Shown: positions 33,040-42,143 of the stretch, piece by piece | Layout of the letters: each line of letters starts with the position of its first letter | Numbering within the stretch: position 1 is the stretch's first letter | Source of the DNA: an uncultured bacterium | Lineage (GTDB): Bacteria; Patescibacteriota; Patescibacteriia; Patescibacteriales; UBA12465 | NCBI GenBank assembly: GCA_937983635.1 | Contig: CALJZR010000027.1 | Span: forward strand, 1-43,002 | Length of the DNA: 43,002 nucleotides | Direction of reading: 5' to 3' | Position numbers and translations under genes: made by a program | Notes under the pieces: model-generated | Databases searched by the model: none | Told to the model about the DNA's origin: nothing | The model's input: the letters and a program-made list of their open reading frames with translations, nothing else

Positions 33040-33555
33040 ATGATGAAAAACCTGTTTGCAATTCTCGCAGTAGCTGCGATTGCTCTTCTGAGCGCATGTA
33101 ACAACAACGAAACCAAGTCGGACACTTCCTATCTGACGGATGCAGCCGCCGCCGTTGCCGTACCCACTGAAGTTGAGCCTGCGCCGCAGATTGTGACTCC
33201 CGAAAAAATCGGGGTAAGTAAGATGGAAACAAAGTTTACCCCATTCCCCAAATTTGATGGGGGAGAAGGATATGAACTCAATTTTACCATCGGACTTAAG
33301 CTTAAAGCTGACAGTGCTTCCCGGGAAATACCGGTCCATACGGTTGCCTTTAGTCCCACTAAAGGAGGTTCCGATCAGGATATCGACGTGCTGATAGCGC
33401 AAAAAATGTACAATGACGTTTTGACCGCTAAGCCTGAAGACGTTAGAGTCACCCTGTTAGACAAGCATGTTATAAAGATCGCCACCGCTGAAAAATGGGA
33501 GGGCAACAAATTCACACCCGCTGTCATTTTATGGCAGGACCCAGTCTTTAAATAG
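33040..33555 (+). CDS. Predicted lipoprotein of unknown function
   Basis: 171 aa. The signal peptide MMKNLFAILAVAAIALLSAC carries the lipobox LSAC. Codon usage is visibly richer in CTG, NNC and NNG codons than in neighbouring genes. Confidence 0.7.
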   Translation: MMKNLFAILAVAAIALLSACNNNETKSDTSYLTDAAAAVAVPTEVEPAPQIVTPEKIGVSKMETKFTPFPKFDGGEGYELNFTIGLKLKADSASREIPVHTVAFSPTKGGSDQDIDVLIAQKMYNDVLTAKPEDVRVTLLDKHVIKIATAEKWEGNKFTPAVILWQDPVFK

Positions 33556-33573
33556 GCAATAAATCGTTCATTG

Positions 33574-33605
33574 AAAAAAGACCCGACACAACCGGGCCTT
33601 TTTTA
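33574..33605 (+). terminator. Hairpin terminator after the lipoprotein gene
   Basis: aaaaaagacccg-acacaa-ccgggcctttttt. The stem is imperfect. Confidence 0.55.
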
Positions 33606-33611
33606 ATAAAC

Positions 33612-33637
33612 AAAAAACAAGTCTGAGCTTGTTTTTT
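33612..33637. terminator. Second A/T-flanked hairpin
   Basis: aaaaaacaag-tctgag-cttgtttttt. Confidence 0.55.
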
Positions 33638-33649
33638 AAAAAGTATTTG

Positions 33650-33722
33650 TGGACCCTACAGGACTCGAACCTGCCACCCCCTGCTTGCAAAGCAGGTGCT
33701 CTACCAGATGAGCTAAGGGCCC
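33650..33722 (-). tRNA. tRNA-Ala(UGC)
   Basis: Reverse complement gggcccttagctcatctggtagagcacctgctttgcaagcagggggtggcaggttcgagtcctgtagggtcca has the G3:U70 identity pair and anticodon loop uuUGCaa. Confidence 0.9.
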
Positions 33723-33772
33723 TCTTTCTCGATAAAGCTTAGTTTACCGAGATTATTAGGACTAGTCAATAT

Positions 33773-34015
33773 TTACTGCTTAGGAATCAGCGGACTCAGC
33801 AACCAAGTGAAAAAACTATTGCCGTTGCCGCTCATTAAAACAATGCCGATAAAAATTGCAATGACTCCTAAAATTTTGTAGCCTAGGCGGGATCCGCCTT
33901 CGGTGCCAAGCTTGTCTTCAAACCAAGCGATGCGGCCAAAGTTTTGTAAAAACCATTCCGTTTTTAGAATTAGGACCGCACCGACAGCAATGATAATGAT
34001 GCCAAGGATAATCAT
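33773..34015 (-). CDS. Small membrane protein (2 predicted TM segments)
   Basis: 80 aa. Hydrophobic segments are IILGIIIIAVGAVLIL and ILGVIAIFIGIVLM. Its start lies 5 nt downstream of the upstream gene's stop. Confidence 0.5.
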   Translation of the reverse strand: MIILGIIIIAVGAVLILKTEWFLQNFGRIAWFEDKLGTEGGSRLGYKILGVIAIFIGIVLMSGNGNSFFTWLLSPLIPKQ

Positions 34016-34019
34016 ATTT

Positions 34020-35345
34020 TTATTTAATATAATTTAAGGGGTTATATCTAGTTCCGTTGATAATAACTTCAAAGTGAAGATGGGAGCCAGTGGAGCGGCC
34101 GGTTGAACCCATTAAAGCAATTAGTTGCCCTTTTTCCACGTCTTCGCCTTTCTTCACTAATAATTTAGAGGCGTGGCCATAGCGAGTTTTTTTACCGCCA
34201 CCGTGATTAATTACAATCGTGTTGCCATAGCCGCCATTATAGCCGCCCTGGGAGATTTCAACCGTGCCAGAATCAGCGGCATAAATTGGCGTTCCGACTT
34301 TATTAGCAATGTCGACGCCGTTATGTTTCCAAGAAAAATATTGAGTGATGCGATTGCCGGCAGTCGGCCAGGTCATCTTGTTGCTGCTAACAATCGGTTT
34401 ATCAGACGAAACGATGTCTTTGATAACCGCGATACCTGAATAGCTGCTTTGAGAAGTGTTTTTAGCAATATTGCTGCTGACGCTACGTTTAACACCGGGA
34501 ATAATCAATTGCTGTCCGATAGAGATTGAGCCACCCCCACTTAAATTATTACTAGCGATAATTTTATCAACATCTAAGTTATAGTCTTGGGCAAGTTTGC
34601 CGATGGTGTCGCCACGTTTAACGGTATAGAGAAAACCGTCAGTAGGGAGGATGGCAAGATTGTCGCCAGCTCTAATAATGCTGAAGGCGCCAAGGTTATT
34701 TGCCCAAAGCACGGTATTAACGTTAAGACGGAAGCGTCTGGCGATGATGCTAATAGTATCGCCAGTCTGGACGGTATAGGTAATAATAGTTTTACGTTCG
34801 GTCGGAGTTTCGGCGGCATTAGTTTCTCCCTCGGAAACTACTCCGATTTGTCTGGGTTTATTTAAACCACTTCCATTTTTAGCAATAACTGTTTCGTTGC
34901 TTTCTTCTGTTTCCGGAGTGACACCGCGAGGAGAGCTCACAGCACTTTTTTTACCAAGATATTTTTCAGCTCCAAGAGTTTGCAGATTCATGGCAATCGC
35001 TGTTTCCTGCACTAGTTCATCATTGTCTTGGCCGATATCGCTGAATTCATTTTTAACAATTTCGGCCATAACGCTTTTTCGGCTTTTGCCGACCGCGGCG
35101 CTAGCTTGTTTTTTGTCGCCAATGTTAAGGATGATGGCAGAGGAAATTAAGATTAGGGCGGCCACATGGAAAGATTTTTTCTTAATCAGCTCTCTTTTAG
35201 ATTGCCGACCTAAATCATATTTTTTTACCCTGAAAATTAGGTAGTAGAGGTGGGTAAAAGGGCGATAAAGGAGAAATTTGCCTAGCAAAAACAAAGGCTT
35301 GATTAGAGCCGGAACGGCCGTTGCAATTAGCTCTTTTAAGCCCAT
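34020..35345 (-). CDS. LysM-domain M23 metallopeptidase (peptidoglycan hydrolase)
   Basis: 441 aa. Has an N-terminal TM segment and LysM repeats (YTVQTGDTISIIARRF..., YTVKRGDTIGKLAQDY...). M23 motifs are HNGVDI and GSTGRSTGSHLHFE. Confidence 0.9.
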   Translation of the reverse strand: MGLKELIATAVPALIKPLFLLGKFLLYRPFTHLYYLIFRVKKYDLGRQSKRELIKKKSFHVAALILISSAIILNIGDKKQASAAVGKSRKSVMAEIVKNEFSDIGQDNDELVQETAIAMNLQTLGAEKYLGKKSAVSSPRGVTPETEESNETVIAKNGSGLNKPRQIGVVSEGETNAAETPTERKTIITYTVQTGDTISIIARRFRLNVNTVLWANNLGAFSIIRAGDNLAILPTDGFLYTVKRGDTIGKLAQDYNLDVDKIIASNNLSGGGSISIGQQLIIPGVKRSVSSNIAKNTSQSSYSGIAVIKDIVSSDKPIVSSNKMTWPTAGNRITQYFSWKHNGVDIANKVGTPIYAADSGTVEISQGGYNGGYGNTIVINHGGGKKTRYGHASKLLVKKGEDVEKGQLIALMGSTGRSTGSHLHFEVIINGTRYNPLNYIK

Positions 35346-35514
35346 GAGTACTTTTAGGCCTAGGAGTAGAGATTCAATGGCTATTTTTTTCAGTTTTAAG
35401 TTTTTCTTAGGAATAAAATGATTATCTTAAGTCTTTTTATACTACCATCTAAGCTCTGGTGGAGTCAATTTTTATATTACAAAATTGTTAAAAGTTAGCA
35501 ATAATTTGAGTTTA

Positions 35515-37035
35515 TTAGTATTTTAAGAAACATTTTCCATCCATCTCTTTTGGCTGTTTTAGGCCCATAACTTTCAAGATGCTGGGAGCAACGTCTTTTA
35601 GGCCGGCGCCTTTCTCAATTTTAGCTTTTTTAAGTTTTACATCTTCAGAAATTAGTAATACGGGCACGGGATTAATCGTATGGCTTGTTGCTACCCCGGC
35701 ACTTTTATCTTCGGCATTACCGTGATCAGCCAAGATGAGACAGCTATACCCTGAAGCTAAGGCGGCTGTGACAATTTCCCCTTGGGCCTTATCAACCGCT
35801 TCTATGGCTTTGGCAATAATCGATATTTTCCCGGTGTGCCCAACCATGTCGCCATTTACTAAATTTACAACGACGAAATCATATTTTTTGTTTTTTATTT
35901 CCTTTACTAAACGAGAGGCAATTTGAGGCGCGCTCATTTCTGGTTTTAAGTCGTAAGTTGGAACCTTTGGAGATTTAATTAGAATTCTATCCTCACCTTT
36001 ATTGGCTTTTTCTTTTTGTCCATTAAAGAAGAAGGTGACATGAGCGTATTTTTCAGTTTCGCTAATACGAAGTTGTTTTAAACCAGAGCGGCCTATGCAT
36101 TCACCCAGGAGATTATCTAGAGATATGTTGGTAAAAGCGACTCTTGCCTTCATTGGCTCATAATACTGAGTCATGGCGGTAAAATTAACGGGAATCATTT
36201 TTCTCTTGAAGCCTCGGAATTTTTTTTCTATAATCGCTTTCGTTAACTGGCGTGGGCGGTCGGTGCGGAAGTTAAAGAAAATAATGCCGTCTTTTTTATT
36301 AAAACCAGAGTAGCCGTTTAAGACTTTAGGCTTAATAAATTCGTCGGTTTCTCCTTTTTTATGGCATTCCTTAACCTTTTCCGCTATATTGGTAAATTTT
36401 TCTCCCTGTCCAAGAACTATAGACTCATAGGCTAATTTTGTTCTCTGCCATCTATTATCTCTATCCATTGCATAGTAGCGCCCAACAAAGCTAGCTATCT
36501 TTCCGAATCCTATTGATTTTATTTTCCTCTCCAGCGCCGCTATATGTTTTAAGCTTTCCGTTACTGGAGCATCGCGGCCATCAGTAATTACGTGGATGTA
36601 TACTTTTTTAAAATTATTTTTTGCGCATAAATCTAACAAGGCAAAAAGATGTTTAGTGTGCGCGTGCACCCCTTGATCTTGGAGCAGCCCAATTAAATGT
36701 AGGCTGGTGTTATTTTTTTTGCACTCTTTAATTGTTTCCAAAAAGGCTTTATTTTTGAAAAAATTACCGCTTTTTATATCTAGATTTATTCTGGCCATAG
36801 ATTGGAATATCCGGCGGCCAGAGCCAATGGTTAGGTGTCCAACTTCAGAGTTGCCTTGGTATCCTTTTTCCAATCCAACCGCCTCACCACTGGCAGCCAA
36901 GAGGCCGTGAGGGTAATTTTTTAGATATAAATCTTCATTAGGAGTTTTGGCTAAGGCGATGGGATTATTTTTTTTCTTGGGGTTATGTCCCCAGCCGTCA
37001 CGTATTATCAGAATTATAGGTTTAGTGGTTTTCAT
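35515..37035 (-). CDS. gpmI: 2,3-bisphosphoglycerate-independent phosphoglycerate mutase
   Basis: 506 aa. Has ILIIRDGWG, GNSEVGHLTIGSGR, DGRD and ADHGNAE. Confidence 0.93.
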   Translation of the reverse strand: MKTTKPIILIIRDGWGHNPKKKNNPIALAKTPNEDLYLKNYPHGLLAASGEAVGLEKGYQGNSEVGHLTIGSGRRIFQSMARINLDIKSGNFFKNKAFLETIKECKKNNTSLHLIGLLQDQGVHAHTKHLFALLDLCAKNNFKKVYIHVITDGRDAPVTESLKHIAALERKIKSIGFGKIASFVGRYYAMDRDNRWQRTKLAYESIVLGQGEKFTNIAEKVKECHKKGETDEFIKPKVLNGYSGFNKKDGIIFFNFRTDRPRQLTKAIIEKKFRGFKRKMIPVNFTAMTQYYEPMKARVAFTNISLDNLLGECIGRSGLKQLRISETEKYAHVTFFFNGQKEKANKGEDRILIKSPKVPTYDLKPEMSAPQIASRLVKEIKNKKYDFVVVNLVNGDMVGHTGKISIIAKAIEAVDKAQGEIVTAALASGYSCLILADHGNAEDKSAGVATSHTINPVPVLLISEDVKLKKAKIEKGAGLKDVAPSILKVMGLKQPKEMDGKCFLKY

Positions 37036-37131
37036 ATTTTGATTTATCTTTATACTTTAATCTTTATTTATGTATTAATATTATATTAAATATTGTTTTT
37101 CGCCAACTATTTTTTTAAAATAATTTCTAAT

Positions 37132-37155
37132 AAAACCCCCTAAGTTGGGGGTTTT
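37132..37155 (-). terminator. Hairpin terminator after the SIS-domain gene
   Basis: aaaaccccc-taagtt-gggggtttt with flanking A/T runs. Confidence 0.65.
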
Positions 37156-37177
37156 ATTTTACTATCTCTTGTTTGAT

Positions 37178-38089
37178 TTAATTCCCCGGCACAATAACAT
37201 CAAAGGGTTTGGCGCCAGGATAGGCTTTGTAGCCATAATCTTTGCAGAATTTACTGATATTAGGTCGGAAGTAGTCAGGGTGGGAATCTTGGATGAGACC
37301 GATGAGAAAATATGATAGCGCCATTGTCCAAGCTTTATTGGCCCCTTTAGGGATTTTAATTTCCAAGCGGTTTTTAGGGTCACCAAAATATTTATTTTCT
37401 CCTAAACTGATAACTAATTCTTTCTTTTCTCTAATTACGAATTTGGCATGTCTGGCTTCACCGTAGGAAAAAGCGCGAAGCGACAAATTTGGACCGAAGA
37501 GTTCGCTCTTTTTGATTTCCAGCATAGGTGCAATCGCTCCCCATTCATCAGGAAGAACAAAAGCATAGGCCGAGTATTTTTTAAAATTTTTGGGAAGTTT
37601 CAGTTTAAGGATAAATCTGGCAATCTCTTCGGCTTTTTCGCCGCTGGCGGCTAGCAGCATGCCGAGGTAGGTCGAGGTGTTATAGGTATAGGGTTCTGGC
37701 AATTTACGGAAAGCATAAACCTCATTTGCTAATTTGGCGGCACTAGAATTTGGGGAACAGGTGAGGAGGACGGTCTTTAAGCCTGCTTTTTTTGCCATTT
37801 TTGTTTCCCAGATTGAATCTTTTTCGCCAGAGGCCGAGATAATGATAGCATGGCTAATAGTTTTGTTTTTAATTAAGTCGCGATAGCGTTTAAGCATTTC
37901 TAAAAAATTGCTTTCATTGGCGAAGAAAGCTTTTTGGCTGTCGAAGATTGCCTGGCCGGTGTTATAGGCATTGCCGCTGCCTACGACAATGGGAAAGGGA
38001 TATTTTTTTAGGTTTAAGCGGGGTGGCCGGTTTTTTTGAAAAAAATTTAGCGCTTTTAAGACGCTAAGGTTGAGAGAGTCTAATTCCAT
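37178..38089 (-). CDS. SIS-domain sugar-phosphate isomerase-like protein (possibly PGI/PMI-type)
   Basis: 303 aa. Has VVGSGNAYNTG and IIISASGEKDS, typical of SIS folds. Its size is similar to archaeal bifunctional PGI/PMI enzymes. Function is not established. Confidence 0.4.
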   Translation of the reverse strand: MELDSLNLSVLKALNFFQKNRPPRLNLKKYPFPIVVGSGNAYNTGQAIFDSQKAFFANESNFLEMLKRYRDLIKNKTISHAIIISASGEKDSIWETKMAKKAGLKTVLLTCSPNSSAAKLANEVYAFRKLPEPYTYNTSTYLGMLLAASGEKAEEIARFILKLKLPKNFKKYSAYAFVLPDEWGAIAPMLEIKKSELFGPNLSLRAFSYGEARHAKFVIREKKELVISLGENKYFGDPKNRLEIKIPKGANKAWTMALSYFLIGLIQDSHPDYFRPNISKFCKDYGYKAYPGAKPFDVIVPGN

Positions 38090-38146
38090 AGCCTTATATT
38101 TTTAATAATTTGCCTAATTTTATTGACGTTTCCATTATAACGGATA

Positions 38147-38175
38147 TTGATTTTTATTTCAATTTAGGATAAGAT
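38147..38175 (+). promoter_or_regulatory. Candidate promoter for yebC
   Basis: TTGATT, then 17 nt, then TAAGAT, lying ~30 nt upstream of the ATG. Confidence 0.35.
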
Positions 38176-38205
38176 TGGGGCGTAAATAATTAATTTCAAA
38201 AAAGT

Positions 38206-38928
38206 ATGTCCGGACACTCTAAGTGGGCGACCACTCATCGTCAAAAGGAATTGGTGGATGCTAAGCGTGGCGCCATTTTTACCAAATTAGCCAATATTAT
38301 TTCTATTGCTGCCAAAAAGGGCGGCGACCCTGACTCTAACCCAACTTTGCGGGCGGCCGTTGATCGCGCCCGGGAAGCGAGTATGCCTAAAGATAATATT
38401 GAAAGAGCAATTAAAAAAGGCACTGGGGAATTGGGTGGTAATCAGGTGGAAGAATTATATTATGAGGGTGTCGGTCCGGCCGGCGTCCAGGTTATTGTTA
38501 AATGTGTTACCGACAACCGGAATCGTAGCGCCTCTACTGTCCGCCACGCCTTTTCTAAAAACGGCGGTTCTTTTGGGGCGGTGATGTGGAATTTTGAACA
38601 AGCTGGAGTGCTGTTGCTTAGTCAAATGGAACTAGCGGCCAAAAAAATCAGTTTTGAAGATTTTGAATTGGAATTAATTGATAACGGCGCTAATGATATT
38701 GTTCAAGCGGAGGAGGGCCTGACTATTTATACTGTGTTAAGTGATTTTCAAAAAATGCAGGACTTTCTCAAAAATAAAGGCTTAAAGCCGGAGTCGGCTG
38801 AAATAGAATATGTTGCCAAAGAGAAAATTGCTTTAAATGCAGCTGATCAAGAAAAGTGCGATAAATTTTTAGAAGAATTGGAAGATAATGAGGATGTCAG
38901 CGACTACTATACTAATCTCGCGGATTAA
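38206..38928 (+). CDS. yebC: YebC/PmpR (TACO1) family protein
   Basis: 240 aa. Has MSGHSKWATTHRQKELVDAKRGAIFTKL and YEGVGPAGV. Confidence 0.93.
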   Translation: MSGHSKWATTHRQKELVDAKRGAIFTKLANIISIAAKKGGDPDSNPTLRAAVDRAREASMPKDNIERAIKKGTGELGGNQVEELYYEGVGPAGVQVIVKCVTDNRNRSASTVRHAFSKNGGSFGAVMWNFEQAGVLLLSQMELAAKKISFEDFELELIDNGANDIVQAEEGLTIYTVLSDFQKMQDFLKNKGLKPESAEIEYVAKEKIALNAADQEKCDKFLEELEDNEDVSDYYTNLAD

Positions 38929-38997
38929 TCTGGATAATGGCGATTATTATTTATTAAGGCTCGGAAGAAGATTACTGCTGATTCCGAGCCGCTATGT

Positions 38998-39477
38998 ATG
39001 GAAAAAATTGTCTTAGGCATTGATCCCGGCATTGCCGATACCGGCTATGGCTTTATCCGCGTTAGTGGTAGTCGTTTAGAATGTTTGGAATATGGTTCTA
39101 TCAAAACTCCGGCCGGCACGCCTTTGCCGGAAAGATTGCAAACTTTATATAATGAATTGAAACGCTTGTTAAAGAAGCATCGCCCGCAAGCGGCGGCAGT
39201 GGAGCAGTTATTTTTTAATAAGAATGTGCGGACCGCTTTAATTGTGGGTCAGGCCCGGGGCGTCGCCCTGCTTGCGGTTAGCCAGGCGGGCGTACCTCTT
39301 TCCGATTTTACCCCCGCTCAAGTGAAAATGGCGGTCTCTGCCTATGGCCAAGCCTCTAAGCTTCAAATCCAGAAAATGGTAAAATTGATTTTAAATTTAA
39401 AAGAATTACCTCAGCCCGATGATGCCGCTGACGCTTTAGCGGTCGCCATCTGCGGTGCTAATCACCATCGTTATTAG
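38998..39477 (+). CDS. ruvC: Crossover junction endodeoxyribonuclease RuvC
   Basis: 159 aa. Has LGIDPGIADTGYG, AVEQLFF and DDAADALAVAIC. The yebC-ruvC order is conserved. Confidence 0.93.
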   Translation: MEKIVLGIDPGIADTGYGFIRVSGSRLECLEYGSIKTPAGTPLPERLQTLYNELKRLLKKHRPQAAAVEQLFFNKNVRTALIVGQARGVALLAVSQAGVPLSDFTPAQVKMAVSAYGQASKLQIQKMVKLILNLKELPQPDDAADALAVAICGANHHRY

Positions 39478-39485
39478 TAAAAATT

Positions 39486-40955
39486 ATGAGCAAGATTCTA
39501 AAAATCGTCCATATTGCCTCCGAAGTTTCACCTTTTTCTAAAACGGGCGGGCTTGCTGATGTTGCTCGGAGTTTGCCTAAATCGCTGAAACGGCTGGGTC
39601 ACGATGTTCGTTTGATTACGCCTTTGTACGCTAAAGTTGTCAGCAAGACGGAACATAAGCTTAAACCTTTGTTTATGAACGTGAAGCTGACGCTTAATTC
39701 TGCTGAAATTATCGTCGTTAATTATTGGCAGGGACAATTAATGGAAGATTTGCCGGTGTATTTTATCGAGTGTCCGAAATATTTCTCCAAGCATAAGCGT
39801 TTATATGGTTCTAGCCATGAGAATGCTCGTTTTTTAGTCTTTGATGTTGCCGCTTTAAAACTTTTATCTTTATTGAAATTTGAGGCGGACATTATTCACT
39901 GTCATGACTGGCAGACCGGTTTGATTCCTTATTATCTTAAACATGATTTTCGTTACTCAAAGACTTTAAAAAATGCTAAAACTGTTTTTACCATCCATAA
40001 TTTAATTTTCCAGTTTGGTCATAATTGGTGGGAGGTGCCGAATGAAAATAAGGATTATGGTCGTGGTCAGTTGCCCCATCTTGATAATCCTCAGTTAGAA
40101 AATATTAATTTTGCTAAACGGGGAATTTTGTCTGCCGATATTATCAATACAGTGAGTGAGCAGTATCGTTCAGAAATAATGACTAAGCGTTTTGGTCAGG
40201 ATTTACATCGAATTTTACGCAATCGCTCTGATCGTCTTTTTGGGATTATTAATGGCATTGATTATAATGCCTATAATCCCGAAAAAGATCCGGGTTTAGT
40301 TCAGCGCTATAGTGCTCAATCTCTGGGCAAGCGGCTATCAGCAAAGAAAGCTAATAAATTAGCACTCCAATCTCGAGTGGGCTTACCTCAAGAAGCATTG
40401 ACGCCAATGTTGTGTACGACTTCTCGGGTCACCTTTCAAAAAGGCTTCAATCTTATCCTCAACATTATCCCCTCGCTTCTGCGTTTAGATATTCAGCTGG
40501 TATTTATGGGTGACGGCAATCAGGAGTATATTCAGCCTTTGAAAAAATTACAGAAAAAATTTGGGCGAAAGTTGGTCTGGCTGCCTTTTGATGACAAATT
40601 GGAAACTGCTCTTTACGCCGCTTCTGATCTTTTTCTTCTTCCTTCTAATCATGAACCTTGCGGTATCAATCAATTGATTGCGATGCGTTACGGCTGTATC
40701 CCCGTGGTGAGGGAAATCGGCGGTTTGTATGATACGGTTGAGGATTATAATCCAGCTACGGGTCGAGGTAATGGTTTTAGCTTCCAGCAGGAAGACGCTT
40801 TAGATTTCTTCGGCGCTATCGTCCGGGGTTTAGAAAATTATAGTCATCGTCTATCTTGGGAGGCTTTAGTTAAACAAGCCATGAGGCAGTCTAATAGTTG
40901 GGAAATACCAGCTAAGAAATATATCCAGCTTTATCGCCGGGCAAAACGTTTATAA
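39486..40955 (+). CDS. glgA: Glycogen (starch) synthase, GT5
   Basis: 489 aa. Has SEVSPFSKTGGLADV, HCHDWQTG and the C-terminal PSNHEPCGINQL. Confidence 0.9.
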   Translation: MSKILKIVHIASEVSPFSKTGGLADVARSLPKSLKRLGHDVRLITPLYAKVVSKTEHKLKPLFMNVKLTLNSAEIIVVNYWQGQLMEDLPVYFIECPKYFSKHKRLYGSSHENARFLVFDVAALKLLSLLKFEADIIHCHDWQTGLIPYYLKHDFRYSKTLKNAKTVFTIHNLIFQFGHNWWEVPNENKDYGRGQLPHLDNPQLENINFAKRGILSADIINTVSEQYRSEIMTKRFGQDLHRILRNRSDRLFGIINGIDYNAYNPEKDPGLVQRYSAQSLGKRLSAKKANKLALQSRVGLPQEALTPMLCTTSRVTFQKGFNLILNIIPSLLRLDIQLVFMGDGNQEYIQPLKKLQKKFGRKLVWLPFDDKLETALYAASDLFLLPSNHEPCGINQLIAMRYGCIPVVREIGGLYDTVEDYNPATGRGNGFSFQQEDALDFFGAIVRGLENYSHRLSWEALVKQAMRQSNSWEIPAKKYIQLYRRAKRL

Positions 40956-40956
40956 T

Positions 40957-42108
40957 ATGTTGTGGTTAAATTTTATCCATCTTTATCAGCCCGCTAATAG
41001 CCCCTCTGTGCACATTAAAGAGGCGGTAGAGAAGAGCTATCTGCGTTTGACCCGTCTTTTAGAAGAGCATCCTGATTTATATTTTAGCGCTAATATCAGT
41101 GGCTGTCTTTTAGAACGTTTGCGAGATGAGGGTTTCACTGACCTCTTAGCGCGTTGGCGCTCTCTCGTGGCTTCGGGAAGATTAGAGTTAGTCGGCTCTG
41201 CCGCTTATCACGCCTTTTTACCATTATTGCCGGATAAGGAAATTATTTATCAAATTCAGCGTCATGAAGAGCTGACGGAAGAGATTTTAGGGGCGGTAGT
41301 TAAAGGTGGCGGTTTTTTCTTGCCGGAAATGGCCTATACTCCCGCTTTGGCTAAATTAGTAAAAGAGCGGGGCTATCGCTGGTTAATTTTAGATGAAGCT
41401 TCTTTGCCGGCTGGCGCTGCGGCTGACTCCGGTGCTGCCTATTTGGATAATAATAGTGGCCTGCAAGTTTTAGTGCGTCAACGCGAACTCTCTAATTCTT
41501 ATGCGCCTGATTTAATTCAAGCTCTTTTAGCTACAGATAATCCTCAAGCTTTATTAGTTACCGCCACTGATGCTGAACTTTATGGTTTACGGCATGAAGA
41601 TCCGACTGCGGAATTAGAGAAGATGGTAAAACTACCAAATTTACGCACGGAAACAATTTCTTTTTTCCTGAGCAAGGCTAGGCCAGTGCCAGCCACCTTC
41701 CGTTCCGCCTCTTGGGAAACTCAACGCCCTGATGATGATAGCCAGGTTTTCTTAGTTTGGAATGATCGTCATAATCATTTACATCGTGACCTTTGGCGCT
41801 TGGCTAATTTAGCTTTAGCGGCCGGCGATAAGTATCCGCAAGATCCTAATTATTTTTGGTATCGTTGGCACCTGGATCGCGGTTTAGCTAGTTGTGTTTT
41901 TTGGTGGGCTAGTGGTCGCGATTTTTTTAAGAATTTTGGGCCGAAAGCCTGGAGCCCAGATGAAGTGGAAAATGGTATTAATGATTTAATCCGTTCTGTC
42001 CGCGCTTTACAGAGTCCAGCCAGCAAGAGGGAAAAGTTGTTAGCGGAAAAATTAGTTAGTAATATCCGCAGGCGCCTTTGGCGCCAACATTGGCAGACAT
42101 ATTTTTAA
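40957..42108 (+). CDS. Glycoside hydrolase family 57-like protein
   Basis: 383 aa. GH57 conserved regions are readable: HLYQP, GRLELVGSAAYHAFLPLL, FFLPEMAY and ATDAELYG. Confidence 0.7.
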   Translation: MLWLNFIHLYQPANSPSVHIKEAVEKSYLRLTRLLEEHPDLYFSANISGCLLERLRDEGFTDLLARWRSLVASGRLELVGSAAYHAFLPLLPDKEIIYQIQRHEELTEEILGAVVKGGGFFLPEMAYTPALAKLVKERGYRWLILDEASLPAGAAADSGAAYLDNNSGLQVLVRQRELSNSYAPDLIQALLATDNPQALLVTATDAELYGLRHEDPTAELEKMVKLPNLRTETISFFLSKARPVPATFRSASWETQRPDDDSQVFLVWNDRHNHLHRDLWRLANLALAAGDKYPQDPNYFWYRWHLDRGLASCVFWWASGRDFFKNFGPKAWSPDEVENGINDLIRSVRALQSPASKREKLLAEKLVSNIRRRLWRQHWQTYF

Positions 42109-42143
42109 AAAATAATTATCATTTTTTTGTTTTGGAAAAATTT

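Noticed and set aside
33014-33402. Three minus-strand ORFs (33014..33232, 33037..33402, 33129..33359) antisense to the lipoprotein gene.
   Set aside because: The plus-strand frame has a textbook lipoprotein signal peptide, a promoter and terminators. The antisense frames have no start context or recognisable features.
38958-38990. 9-bp hairpin (ggctcggaa...ttccgagcc) between yebC and ruvC.
   Set aside because: No U-run follows it, it has a 15-nt loop, and it lies 7 nt before the ruvC ATG. It is probably an incidental or minor mRNA element, with too little evidence to call a terminator or regulator.
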